NCBI GenBank assembly: GCA_036267395.1
Contig: DATAWD010000051.1
Location: 872-64,871, forward strand
Source: Acidobacteriaceae bacterium
Lineage (GTDB): Bacteria; Acidobacteriota; Terriglobia; Terriglobales; Acidobacteriaceae
Length of the DNA stretch: 64,000 bases
Direction of reading: 5' to 3'
Below are positions 35,698 to 45,096 of the stretch, one piece after another. The notes beneath the pieces are model-generated. The model saw only the letters and a list, made by a program, of their open reading frames with translations. It had not been told where the DNA came from and searched no databases. Made by a program: the position numbers and the translations under genes. The number at the start of each line of letters is the position of its first letter. Positions within the stretch are counted from its first letter, which is position 1.

Positions 35698-37904
35698 AAA
35701 ATCTGCGACTCGTTCCGCTGGCGCTCGCCGCCTGCGCCCTGCTTTGCCTGCCAACGCTGCATCGCACCACCCATGCGGCCGAAGCTCCCGTTACCTGGAG
35801 CCGGCAGATCGCCCCCATCGTCTACCAGCACTGCTCTACCTGCCATCACCCCGGCGGCGGCGGTCCTTTCAACCTCCTCACCTATCAGGACGCGCGCCGT
35901 CGCGGACCGCAGATGGTCCAGGTCACCCAGTCCCGCTTCATGCCCCCCTGGCTGCCCCAGCCCGGCTACGGCGACTTCGTCGACGACCGCCGCATCAGCG
36001 ACGACGACATCGCCCTCATCCGCCGTTGGGTCGCTACCGGCATGCCCCAGGGCAACCCATCTCAAGCACCCCCCGCTCCGCACTACAACGCAGACTGGCA
36101 AATCGGCAAGCCCGATCTCGTTCTCACCGTCCCCCGCTCCTTTACCCTGAAGGCTTCGGGCACCGACGTCTTCCACAACTTCATCCTCCCCAATCCCCTC
36201 ACCCAAACCCACTACATTCGCGCCATGCAGATTCTCCCCAGCGTCCCTCAGGTCGTGCATCACGCGAATGTCCTCATCGACCGCACCGCTTCCTGGCGGC
36301 ACGCCCATCCCTCTGACTGGCAAAATGGTTTCGGCGGCATGGAGCTGGAAGTCGATGCCGGCAATATCTTCGATCCCGACAGCCACTTCCTCTTCTGGAA
36401 GCCCGACACGCCTGTCCTCTACGAACCACCCGGCATGCCCTGGCGCCTCGATCCCGGCAACGACCTCATCCTCAACATGCACCTCAAGCCCAGTGGCAAG
36501 CCCGAGATCATCAGCGCCCGCATCGGCCTCTACTTCGCCGATACGCCCGCTAAGCAACACCCCATGCTGCTCCAGCTCGATGCCGACGAGCAGCTCAACA
36601 TTCCCGCCGGCGATCGCAGCTTCGTTGTCCAGGATTCGCTCCGCCTGCCCCTCGATGTCGAAGCCCTCGGCATCTATCCCCACGCCCACTATCTCGGTCA
36701 CATCCTCGAAGGCTGGGCCGACTTGCCTAACGGTCACAAAAAGTGGCTCATCCGCATTCCCAACTGGGACATCGATCGCCAATCCGTTTTCCGCTACCGC
36801 ACCCCGGTCTTTCTTCCCCGCGGATCGGTGCTGCACATGCGCTACGTCTACGACAACTCCGAAGACAACGTCCATAATCCAAATGACCCGCCCATCCGCG
36901 TCCGCGCCGGCAACCGCTCCGTCGACGAGATGGGCCACCTCTGGATTCAGGTCCTGCCCCTTCACGTGCCCCCCGGCAGTCCCGACCCGCGCCTCATCCT
37001 CGAAGAGGCCTGGATGGAACACCGTCTGACCAAAGTCCCAGGCGACGACATCGCGCTCTACAACCTGGCTTCCGCCCAGGCCGGACTCGGCCACTACACC
37101 GAAGCTGCTGCCGACTATCGCAAAGTCCTTAGCACCCATCCCGGCGACCCACGCACGCTCAACAGCCTTGGCGCGGCTCTCGAAAATGCAGGCGATTCTC
37201 AGGCCGCCGCCGGCGCCTTTACTCAGGCCATCGACTCCGGTGCTCCCAGCTGTGATGCACGCTTCAACCTCGCCCAAATGGATCTCAAGCACAGCGACTT
37301 CCAACCGGCCGAGCTGCAATTCCGCCAGATGATCCAGCATTGCCCCGACGACCCCGATGTCCACAGCGGCCTCGGCGTCGCCCTTACCGAACAGGGCAAT
37401 GCCACCGCCGCCCAGCCCGAGTTCCAGCGCGCCCTCCGGCTCGATCCGACGAACTTCACCGCTCTTACGCAGCTCGGCCAGGCAGACATCGAATCGGGCC
37501 AGCCGCAGCAGGCCATTCCACTCCTGCAAACCGCCGTTCAGCAGCAACCTGACGATCTCCAGACGCGCGAACGCCTGGCCATGGCCCTTTCTCAGTCCGG
37601 CCGCGGCGACGACGCTCTCCGGCAGTTGCGCGAAGCCGCCCTCCGCTCGCCCGCCGATCCTGAAGTGCACGCGCTGCTCGCACAACTCCTCAACGCCAGT
37701 GGACAGCTCCCCCAGGCCATTGCCGAGCAGCGCCAGGCGCTTCACTTGCAGCCCGACGACGCCGACGGCTGGAATAATCTCGGTGTCCTCGAAGCCCGCT
37801 CTGGCCTCAATGCCGCCGCCCGCGCGGATTTTCTCCGCGCTTTGCAGCTCAATCCCAGCCACGCTCAGGCCCGAGCCAACCTCAGTCGCCTCCCCCCGCG
37901 GTGA
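35694..37904 (+). CDS. Exported fusion: c-type haem domain + PHM/DBH-like copper type II monooxygenase-like domain + TPR repeats
   Basis: ATG 35694 overlaps the upstream stop (ATGA). Signal peptide present. CSTCH at nt 35832-35846, VVHHANV (HH at 36258-36263), NMHLKP, YPHAHYLG (HxH at 36681-36689) and SVDEMGHLW (36924-36932). The last roughly 290 aa are TPR. Confidence 0.75.
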   Translation: MKNLRLVPLALAACALLCLPTLHRTTHAAEAPVTWSRQIAPIVYQHCSTCHHPGGGGPFNLLTYQDARRRGPQMVQVTQSRFMPPWLPQPGYGDFVDDRRISDDDIALIRRWVATGMPQGNPSQAPPAPHYNADWQIGKPDLVLTVPRSFTLKASGTDVFHNFILPNPLTQTHYIRAMQILPSVPQVVHHANVLIDRTASWRHAHPSDWQNGFGGMELEVDAGNIFDPDSHFLFWKPDTPVLYEPPGMPWRLDPGNDLILNMHLKPSGKPEIISARIGLYFADTPAKQHPMLLQLDADEQLNIPAGDRSFVVQDSLRLPLDVEALGIYPHAHYLGHILEGWADLPNGHKKWLIRIPNWDIDRQSVFRYRTPVFLPRGSVLHMRYVYDNSEDNVHNPNDPPIRVRAGNRSVDEMGHLWIQVLPLHVPPGSPDPRLILEEAWMEHRLTKVPGDDIALYNLASAQAGLGHYTEAAADYRKVLSTHPGDPRTLNSLGAALENAGDSQAAAGAFTQAIDSGAPSCDARFNLAQMDLKHSDFQPAELQFRQMIQHCPDDPDVHSGLGVALTEQGNATAAQPEFQRALRLDPTNFTALTQLGQADIESGQPQQAIPLLQTAVQQQPDDLQTRERLAMALSQSGRGDDALRQLREAALRSPADPEVHALLAQLLNASGQLPQAIAEQRQALHLQPDDADGWNNLGVLEARSGLNAAARADFLRALQLNPSHAQARANLSRLPPR

Positions 37905-38049
37905 GCCGCGCTGACGTGGTAGCATTTCACCCTGCCTTGCCCCTTCATCGCACCGCTTACGGCGCCGTGATTCAACACTCTCGCCAGCCGCGTTCCCTGC
38001 CATCGGTTCGCACTGGATCCCAACTTTGTTCCTTCGGAGAGAGACAACG

Positions 38050-40584
38050 ATGAGAATGCGCGTGCCCCTGGCCGCCCTGCTGTTCATGGCTCTGCAATCG
38101 ATCCTTTTCGCTCAGGTGCCCAAGCCCGCCCCACTCTCGACCGTTGCCGCCTTTCCCCTGGCGCAGCCGGCCGGTCTTGAAATCGCCCGCGAGATCGATC
38201 CTACCCGTCCCTTTTCCGTCGTCGGTCCGCACGGCGCCCTTCTCGGCCAGCAGGATGGCTCGTTCGAAGCCTGGATCTTTCCCTGGAAGATCTTCAGCCA
38301 TCTCCACATCACCGCCGAGATGGAGAACTACCCGGTCCCCATCGACGTCAACCAGTACGCCGCGTGGATCGAGGTCCACCCCAACGTCACCATCCTTACC
38401 TACTCCCACGCTAACTTCACCATCCGCCAGATCATGTTCGCCCCCCGCCAGACGCCCGATGGCGCGGGCGTTGTCGTGCTCTTTCAGATCGAAGCCATTC
38501 GCCCCATGACCCTCACCTTCAGCTTCACTCCGGAGATGTATCAGATGTGGCCCGCGGCCTCTGACCCCGAGCCCGATTCAGAATGGCTGCCCACCTGGCC
38601 CTTTCCTGCCGCCACCCATCCCTCCTCCGGTTTCTACATCCTCAACGAGAGCTTCCCCGACCACGCTGCCGCGCTCGCCATGCCCACCGCCGAACCCGGC
38701 ATTCTGCCGCCCTATCAGGAACGCCCGCAGCCCTGGCCGCTCCAGTTCGTCATCCACTTCGATCCCCACCGCGATTCCAGCACCTTCTTCCCCCTCCTGA
38801 TGACCGTGGCCAACACCCGCGCCACCGCGGAGTGGTACGCTCTGGGGCGCAGTCTCGCCACCCTCGATGCCGCCGTCCCTTCTCTGTACTCCGCTAACGC
38901 CGGCTACTTTCACGACCTGCTCTCCACCCACGCCAGCATCGAAACCCCCGACACCCATCTCAATGCCGCCTTCTCCTGGGCCATAGCTGCCATCGATCAG
39001 CTCCGTGTCGAAACACCCAGCCACAACGGCGAAGCCTTCACCGCCGGCGTCGTCTCCTCCGCTGACTCTGTGCGCCCCGGCTTTGGCTGGTTCTTCGGTC
39101 GCGACGCGCTCTGGACGCTCTACGCCGTCGACAGCTATGGCGACTTCCCGGCCGCCCGCCAGGAATTTGATTTCCTCCTCCGCCACCAACGTGCCGACGG
39201 CAAAATCATGCACGAATACTCGCAGACCGCCAATGTCGTCGACTGGCAGGCGCTGCCCTATGAATACGCCGCTGCTGATGCCACGCCTCTCCTGCTCATG
39301 GCCATGAACGACTACCTCAGGACCAGCGGCGATCTCGATTTCGTCCGCTCTCGCTGGGATAACCTCGCTCGCGCCTGGAATTTCGAAACCGACCACGTCT
39401 CTCCTGACGGCTTCTACAACAACACCCAGGGCACGGGATGGGTCGAGAACTGGTCGCCGCGCCTGCCTTCTCAGGAAATCTATCTCGCCGCCCTCGACGA
39501 AGAGGCCAGCCTCGCCTTCGCCGATCTCGCCCGCGCCACCGGTCACGCCGATCTCGCCGATGCCGCTGTCGCACGCGGCAAGCGCCTCGCCCAGATCCTC
39601 GAGCAGGAATACTTCCTGCCCTCCCAGGACTTCTACGCCTTCAGCCACAATCCCACCGGTACCACCGACGACACACCTACCATCTATCCCGCCGTCGCCT
39701 GGTGGGATGGCACGTTCGCGCTCCAGCATCCCTCCGCCATGCTCCAGCGCTGGGCCTCCGACGAATTCTCTACCGACTGGGGCACCCGCGATGTGGGCGG
39801 CCACGTCAGTTTCTTCGATCCCATCAGCTACCACGAGGGCTCGGTCTGGCCGCTCTTCACCGGCTGGGTTTCGCTGGCGGAATACCGCGCCGGCCATCCC
39901 CTCGCCGGCTACGCCCACCTCATGCAGAACGCCGATCTTACCTGGTCCCAGGATCTCGGCGACGTCACTGAATTGCTCTCCGGCCAGTACTTCCAGGTCC
40001 TCGGGCGCAGCACCGCTCACCAGCTCTGGTCCTCCGCCATGGTCATCTCGCCGATCCTGCGCGGCCTCTTCGGCCTCGAGTGGAATGCCCCCGCGAACAC
40101 TCTCACCATCACACCGCGGCTTCCCGCGGACTGGAATACCGCTACCCTCCGCCACATTCCTCTCGGCATCGCCACCGTGGATCTCACCTTTACCCGTCAG
40201 GGCTCAGAGTGGCTCGTCACCAGCAGCAGCCCGAACGTGCATCTCGCCTCGCACAGCTCCCAGGCTCGCATCACCGGCAACACCCTCCATATCCCCGTGC
40301 CGGCCGTCGAGGTCGCTGTTCCTGTGAGTCTCCCCGCCCCGGGTTCCCAAACCGAGGAGATGAAGGTTCTCGACGAGCAGAGCACTCCTCGCTCCCTCAC
40401 GCTCACCCTCTCCGCCCCGGGCTCGTCCACGCAGACCTTCTTGCTGAGGGAAAACGCGGCCCGCCTGCATCTCGTTGCCGACCACGCCGACATCGCTCCT
40501 GCACACGACGGCCTGCATCCCGTCACGGTCCAATTCCCGTCGGGGACCGGATACGTGACCCAAACCGTTACCTTTTCCTGGTAA
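38050..40584 (+). CDS. Exported (alpha/alpha)6 glycoside hydrolase, glycogen-debranching-enzyme-like (GDE_C-type)
   Basis: ATG 38050 is preceded by GGAGAG. Signal peptide MRMRVPLAALLFMALQSILFAQ. Has GFGWFFGRDALWTLYA, LLRHQRADGKIMHEY, GTGWVENW and HEGSVWPLFTGW. The family assignment is approximate. Confidence 0.7.
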   Translation: MRMRVPLAALLFMALQSILFAQVPKPAPLSTVAAFPLAQPAGLEIAREIDPTRPFSVVGPHGALLGQQDGSFEAWIFPWKIFSHLHITAEMENYPVPIDVNQYAAWIEVHPNVTILTYSHANFTIRQIMFAPRQTPDGAGVVVLFQIEAIRPMTLTFSFTPEMYQMWPAASDPEPDSEWLPTWPFPAATHPSSGFYILNESFPDHAAALAMPTAEPGILPPYQERPQPWPLQFVIHFDPHRDSSTFFPLLMTVANTRATAEWYALGRSLATLDAAVPSLYSANAGYFHDLLSTHASIETPDTHLNAAFSWAIAAIDQLRVETPSHNGEAFTAGVVSSADSVRPGFGWFFGRDALWTLYAVDSYGDFPAARQEFDFLLRHQRADGKIMHEYSQTANVVDWQALPYEYAAADATPLLLMAMNDYLRTSGDLDFVRSRWDNLARAWNFETDHVSPDGFYNNTQGTGWVENWSPRLPSQEIYLAALDEEASLAFADLARATGHADLADAAVARGKRLAQILEQEYFLPSQDFYAFSHNPTGTTDDTPTIYPAVAWWDGTFALQHPSAMLQRWASDEFSTDWGTRDVGGHVSFFDPISYHEGSVWPLFTGWVSLAEYRAGHPLAGYAHLMQNADLTWSQDLGDVTELLSGQYFQVLGRSTAHQLWSSAMVISPILRGLFGLEWNAPANTLTITPRLPADWNTATLRHIPLGIATVDLTFTRQGSEWLVTSSSPNVHLASHSSQARITGNTLHIPVPAVEVAVPVSLPAPGSQTEEMKVLDEQSTPRSLTLTLSAPGSSTQTFLLRENAARLHLVADHADIAPAHDGLHPVTVQFPSGTGYVTQTVTFSW

Positions 40585-40621
40585 CTGTGGACTTTCGCCC
40601 TGAATCCGCCCGCGGTCGGGC

Positions 40622-43600
40622 TTACGCAGCCTCACCCGCCGCCGAATCGCGGGATATGTTGGCCCGTTCCCGCATCGTCCGCGCTACGGCCACCCCTGCC
40701 ACCCCCAGCGCCCCCAGCGTCAGCAGAGCGCTGATGCGCGCCCGCCGCCGGCTGCTCTTCCGTTGCTCCGCCAGAGCTGCCTCCGGCCGCCCCTGCACCG
40801 GCAATTCCGCCTCGGCGCCGTCCTTCTGCTGCGCCATCCGGATCACCTCGGCCAGATGCAGCGCCTGTCGGTCCGTATCCTGCGCAATCTGCTCCCGGCA
40901 GCTGAACCCGTCGGCAATAATGACAGCATCGTCCTCCGCCTCCCGTACTGCCGGCAGCAGCGCCCGCTCGCCAATTTTTAGCGAGATGTCGTACTTATCC
41001 GCCTCAAAGCCAAACGATCCCGCCATCCCGCAGCATCCGGAACTCAACAGTTTGTAATCCAGTCCGATCTTATCCAGCACCTTCTGCTCGTCGTCGAACC
41101 GGATTACCGATTTGTGATGGCAGTGCCCCTGCACCACCGCCCGCCGCGCCAGCCGCGGAATTTTGAAATCCGGAGCCTTCTTCTCCAGCAATTCGCTCAG
41201 CACCAGCGTCTGCTCCCGCAGCTTTTTGGCCAGCGGATCATTCGGAAACAAATTTCTCAGCTCGTCGCGGAACACCGTCGCACAGCTCGGCTCCAGCACT
41301 ACCACCGGCACGCCCGCCTCAATGTCCTTCCGCAGCGCCCGCATGATCTTCCGCAGGTACCCTTTGGCCTGATCGAGGAATCCATAATCGTAAAGCGGCC
41401 GCCCACAGCACAGATGCTGCATCGGCACCTTCACCGCAAAACCCGCGCTCTCCAGCACCTCCGTCGCCGCCTGCGCCGTCTCCGGAAAGAAGAAGTTGTT
41501 GAACGTGTCCGCCCACAGAATCACCTTCCCCCGCTCGCCCCCGCTCTTCTGCTTGCCTCGTTCGTGGAACCACGCCTTGAACGTCTCCGGCGCAAACTCC
41601 GGAATCGTCCTCCCCTGCGGCATCCCCGCTGCTGCCTTGGCCAGCGCGCTTAATCCCGGCGTCTGCGTCACCAGATTCACCAGCCCCGGCCACACCGATG
41701 CCAGTCGCGACCACTGGTCGATCATCCCGAACGCATACGCGTATCGTGGCCGCATCCGCCCTTCCCAGTAATGCGACAGAAACTCTGCCTTATATGTCGC
41801 GACATCCACGTTCACCGGGCAATCGCCCTTGCACCCCTTACACGCCAGGCACAGATCCAGCGCTTCTTTCACATTGTCGTCGTGCCAGCGGTCTTCGATG
41901 ATGCCCCCATGCATCATCTCCCACAGCGTGTGCGCCCGCCCCCGCGTCGTGTGCCGCTCCTCATGCGTCACCATATAGCTGGGGCACATGGTGTCGTTCT
42001 CAGGACGATCGCTGTCCTTGCGCCGGCATTTCCCGATCCCCACGCACCGCAGCGTCGCATGCGCAAAACTGCCCCCGTCATCGGGAAACTGAAAATGCGT
42101 TTCCGGATCCCAGGGATGGTACTCGGCTCCCAGCTTCAGATCCTCATCCATCCGGTTCGGCTCGACGATCTTCCCCGGATTCATCTTCCACTGCGGATCC
42201 CAGATCGTCTTGTACTCGCGAAACGCCTCGATCAGCTCAGGCCCAAACATCTTCACCAGGAACTCGGCCCGCGCCTGCCCGTCGCCGTGCTCCCCGCTCC
42301 AGCTCCCCTCAAATTTCCCGCACAGGTCCGTCGCCTCTTCCATGAACGACCGGTATTTCCGGATTCCCGCCTCGCTCGTTAGATCGAAATCGACCCGGCA
42401 ATGAATACAGCCCTGCCCGAAATGCCCGTAGAGCGCCGGATTGTATTCATATTTCTTGTAGAGCGCGCGCAACTCGCGCAGATACTTCCCGAGATACTGC
42501 GGCGCCACCGCGGAGTCTTCCCACCCGGGCCATGTGTCCGGCTCACCTGGCACAAACGCCGTCGCCCCCAGCCCCGACTCGCGAATCTCCCACATGTGGT
42601 GCATCTCATCCTGATCGGTCAGCAGCTTCATGTACGGCGTGTTTGCCTTTTTCTTCAACATCTCCATCGCCGCATGCGCCGCCGCAATCGCGTCCTGCTT
42701 GCGGTCTGCGCCGAACTCCGCCATCAGCCATCCCTTGCCCTCCGGCAGCAACCCCAGATACTTCGCATGCCGCTCGCCCTTCTTCAGCATGTTCTCCCGC
42801 AGCCGGTCGTCGATGCCTTCCAGCGCCACCGGCTGGAACGCATCGATCTCCATCACGTGATCCGCCGCTTCGTACACGCTGGGATACCCCAGCATCAGGA
42901 TCGCCCGCTCCGCCTTCGCATCGATCAGCCGAACCCTCGCTTCCAGCACCGTCACCAGCGTGCCCTCGCTGCCCACCAGCGCCCGCGCTATATTGAAACG
43001 CCCATCCTTTCCCGGCAGCAGCTCGTTCAGGTTGTACCCCGATACCCTCCGCGGAATCGGCGGATATTTATCCCGTATTTGCCGCGCATACCGATCCCGC
43101 AGCCCCCGCAGTCCGCTGTAAATCTCGCCTTCCCGACCGCCCGCGGCAATCTTTCTCTCCAGATCGCGCTCCGTCATCCAGCCCACGGTCATCCGCGTCC
43201 CGTCGTAGAGCAGAATCTCCATCTCCTCGACGTTGTGTTCCACCTTGCCCGACATTTGCGCATGCGCCCCGCACGAATTGTTGCCGATCATCCCCCCAAA
43301 GCAGCAGTGGTTGTGCGTCGACGGATCCGGCCCCCAGTTCAGCAGATTGCCCGTTACCCGCAACGCCTGGTTCCGCAGTTCATCGCACACCGTCCCCGGC
43401 AACACCCGCGCCCACCGCTCCTGCGCGTTAATCTCCAGCACCCCGTGCAGATATTTCGACCAGTCCATCACCACGGCGGTGTTCACCGTCTGTCCGGCCA
43501 GGCTCGTCCCGCCCGCCCGCGACAGCAGCGGCGCGCCGAACTCCTGGCACAGACGCACCGTTTTAACTACATCGTCCTTCGTCTTCGGAATCACCACCCC

Positions 43601-43798
43601 GATCGGAATCTGCCGATAGTTCGAGGCGTCCACCGCATACAGCGCTTTGGTGCCTGCGTCGAAGCGCACCTCTCCCTCGACCGCCGTCTCCAGCGCGCGG
43701 CGCAATCCCTCCACATCCACGCCGCGTCCCCCGGCACGCGCGCTCATAGGACGAGTCAGTTCTTCCGGCGCAATCAGCGGGGCAGCTTTCGCAGACAT
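40622..43798 (-). CDS. YdiJ-like FAD-binding oxidase fused to Fe-S/CCG (GlcF/GlpC-like) domains, with C-terminal TM segment
   Basis: 1058 aa. Has RAGGTSLAGQ (FAD_binding_4), Cys clusters CVGIGKCRR..MCPSY and CLACKGCKGDCP, CCG motifs CCGRPLYDYG and CCGMAGSFG, and a C-terminal hydrophobic ISALLTLGALGVAGVAVA. Confidence 0.92.
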   Translation of the reverse strand: MSAKAAPLIAPEELTRPMSARAGGRGVDVEGLRRALETAVEGEVRFDAGTKALYAVDASNYRQIPIGVVIPKTKDDVVKTVRLCQEFGAPLLSRAGGTSLAGQTVNTAVVMDWSKYLHGVLEINAQERWARVLPGTVCDELRNQALRVTGNLLNWGPDPSTHNHCCFGGMIGNNSCGAHAQMSGKVEHNVEEMEILLYDGTRMTVGWMTERDLERKIAAGGREGEIYSGLRGLRDRYARQIRDKYPPIPRRVSGYNLNELLPGKDGRFNIARALVGSEGTLVTVLEARVRLIDAKAERAILMLGYPSVYEAADHVMEIDAFQPVALEGIDDRLRENMLKKGERHAKYLGLLPEGKGWLMAEFGADRKQDAIAAAHAAMEMLKKKANTPYMKLLTDQDEMHHMWEIRESGLGATAFVPGEPDTWPGWEDSAVAPQYLGKYLRELRALYKKYEYNPALYGHFGQGCIHCRVDFDLTSEAGIRKYRSFMEEATDLCGKFEGSWSGEHGDGQARAEFLVKMFGPELIEAFREYKTIWDPQWKMNPGKIVEPNRMDEDLKLGAEYHPWDPETHFQFPDDGGSFAHATLRCVGIGKCRRKDSDRPENDTMCPSYMVTHEERHTTRGRAHTLWEMMHGGIIEDRWHDDNVKEALDLCLACKGCKGDCPVNVDVATYKAEFLSHYWEGRMRPRYAYAFGMIDQWSRLASVWPGLVNLVTQTPGLSALAKAAAGMPQGRTIPEFAPETFKAWFHERGKQKSGGERGKVILWADTFNNFFFPETAQAATEVLESAGFAVKVPMQHLCCGRPLYDYGFLDQAKGYLRKIMRALRKDIEAGVPVVVLEPSCATVFRDELRNLFPNDPLAKKLREQTLVLSELLEKKAPDFKIPRLARRAVVQGHCHHKSVIRFDDEQKVLDKIGLDYKLLSSGCCGMAGSFGFEADKYDISLKIGERALLPAVREAEDDAVIIADGFSCREQIAQDTDRQALHLAEVIRMAQQKDGAEAELPVQGRPEAALAEQRKSSRRRARISALLTLGALGVAGVAVARTMRERANISRDSAAGEAA

Positions 43799-43843
43799 GC
43801 AATTCTCCTCGTAGTTGTAGCTTCAGGCTTCAGTGAACGGGGC

Positions 43844-44947
43844 CTACGCCGCGAACTTTTCCGCATCAGCACGCCGCAGTTCCAGCCCGTTCCCCGGACG
43901 CGTCAGGTCCGGGCACAGCTCACCGTTCACCAATCGCGGCAATCCGTCGAACAACATCTGCTCAATGCGCACGTGATCGTGGAAATACTCCATCGTCGTG
44001 AAAGGAACTGCCGCGCACGCCGCGTGCGCATGCAGCGCCGGAGCCGTGTGGGACGAGAGCGGCACGTTATAGGCCTGGCACAGCGCCGCTACTTCCATAA
44101 ACGCCGTCACCCCGCCGCACCGCGTCATATCCGCTTGCAGCACATCCACCGCGGCCGCCGCCAGCATCGATTTGAACGCAAAAATGTCGTAACAATACTC
44201 GCCTGCGGCAATCTCTATCCTTCCGCCGGCCCGCTCCCGCACAAACTTCAGCCCGTACAGGTTGTCCGATGACACCGGCTCTTCGAACCATCGCACGTCG
44301 TGCCCGCGCAGCATATCCGCCACCTTCAGCGCCTGGCGCGGCGTGTAGGCCCCATTCGCATCCACATACAGCTCCGTCTCCGCACCAATCGCCTCGCGCG
44401 CCACGCGCACGCGGCCCGGATCCCGCTGCGGATCGCGCCCGATTTTCATCTTCACCGCGCTTATTCCCTGCCGCGCCCATCCTTCCAGTTGCTCGGCCAG
44501 TCGCTGGTCCGAGTACGACGTGAACCCGCCGCTCCCGTACACCTCCGCGCCCGCCCGCACCTGCCCCAGCAGCGTCACCAGCGGCACGCCCAGCAGTCGC
44601 GCCTTCAGGTCCCAGATCGCGCTGTCCACCGCGGAAATCGCCATCGAGCAGATTCCCGGCCGACCCAGGTTTCGAATCTTGTGCCACATCGCCATGTACG
44701 CCGCCGCCGGCGCCATCGCGTCCATGCCTTTCACCACATTGCGCAGCATGGCATGGATCAGCGCCCCGGTGGGGCCGTCTGCGTATGTGTACCCCAGTCC
44801 GTTTTCTCCCGCCGCCGACACCGTCGCAATCACAATCGTGGTGCGGTTCCACTCCAGCGTCCCGTCCGATTCCGGCGCATCCGTCGGAATCGTATAGCTC
44901 GCTACCGTCACCCGATCGATGGGAGCCGAACTGGAAGGAGTAGGCAT
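43844..44947 (-). CDS. Enolase-superfamily enzyme (mandelate racemase/muconate lactonising family)
   Basis: ATG 44947 (the track ORF starts at an upstream GTG, 44992). Has AISAVDSAIWDLKARLLGVPL, AVKMKIGRDP, LYVDANGAY, WFEEPV and DVLQADMTRCGG. Confidence 0.88.
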   Translation of the reverse strand: MPTPSSSAPIDRVTVASYTIPTDAPESDGTLEWNRTTIVIATVSAAGENGLGYTYADGPTGALIHAMLRNVVKGMDAMAPAAAYMAMWHKIRNLGRPGICSMAISAVDSAIWDLKARLLGVPLVTLLGQVRAGAEVYGSGGFTSYSDQRLAEQLEGWARQGISAVKMKIGRDPQRDPGRVRVAREAIGAETELYVDANGAYTPRQALKVADMLRGHDVRWFEEPVSSDNLYGLKFVRERAGGRIEIAAGEYCYDIFAFKSMLAAAAVDVLQADMTRCGGVTAFMEVAALCQAYNVPLSSHTAPALHAHAACAAVPFTTMEYFHDHVRIEQMLFDGLPRLVNGELCPDLTRPGNGLELRRADAEKFAA

Positions 44948-45096
44948 AAGGAAAGCCAGGCACCTGAGCAGCGGCGCACACCGCCGCGCCACAACAACCG
45001 ATTCGATGGCGAACTGCCGCCTCCGGTTATCTCACTGGATTAAAACCGCACAATCCATCGCAAAGCGACTGAATTTCCTGGCTCCCCGCATCCCAT

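Noticed and set aside
35553-38087. 844-aa ORF antisense to the monooxygenase/TPR gene
   Set aside because: It shows the same antisense artefact signature (G/A/V/E-rich, no motifs). The plus-strand frame has a signal peptide, CXXCH, His/Met motifs and regular TPRs.
38578-40155. 525-aa ORF antisense to the GDE-like hydrolase
   Set aside because: It has Gly/Glu/Ala/Val-rich antisense composition with no motifs.
40608-40621. Hairpin GCCCG-CGGT-CGGGC between the convergent GDE-like and YdiJ-like genes as a terminator
   Set aside because: It has a 5-bp stem, no U-tract, and abuts a stop codon. The evidence is too weak to report as a feature.
42401-44272. 623-aa ORF antisense to the YdiJ-like and enolase-family genes
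   Set aside because: It spans two well-supported minus-strand genes and their intergenic gap, and has an extreme Arg/Pro/His/Gln composition.
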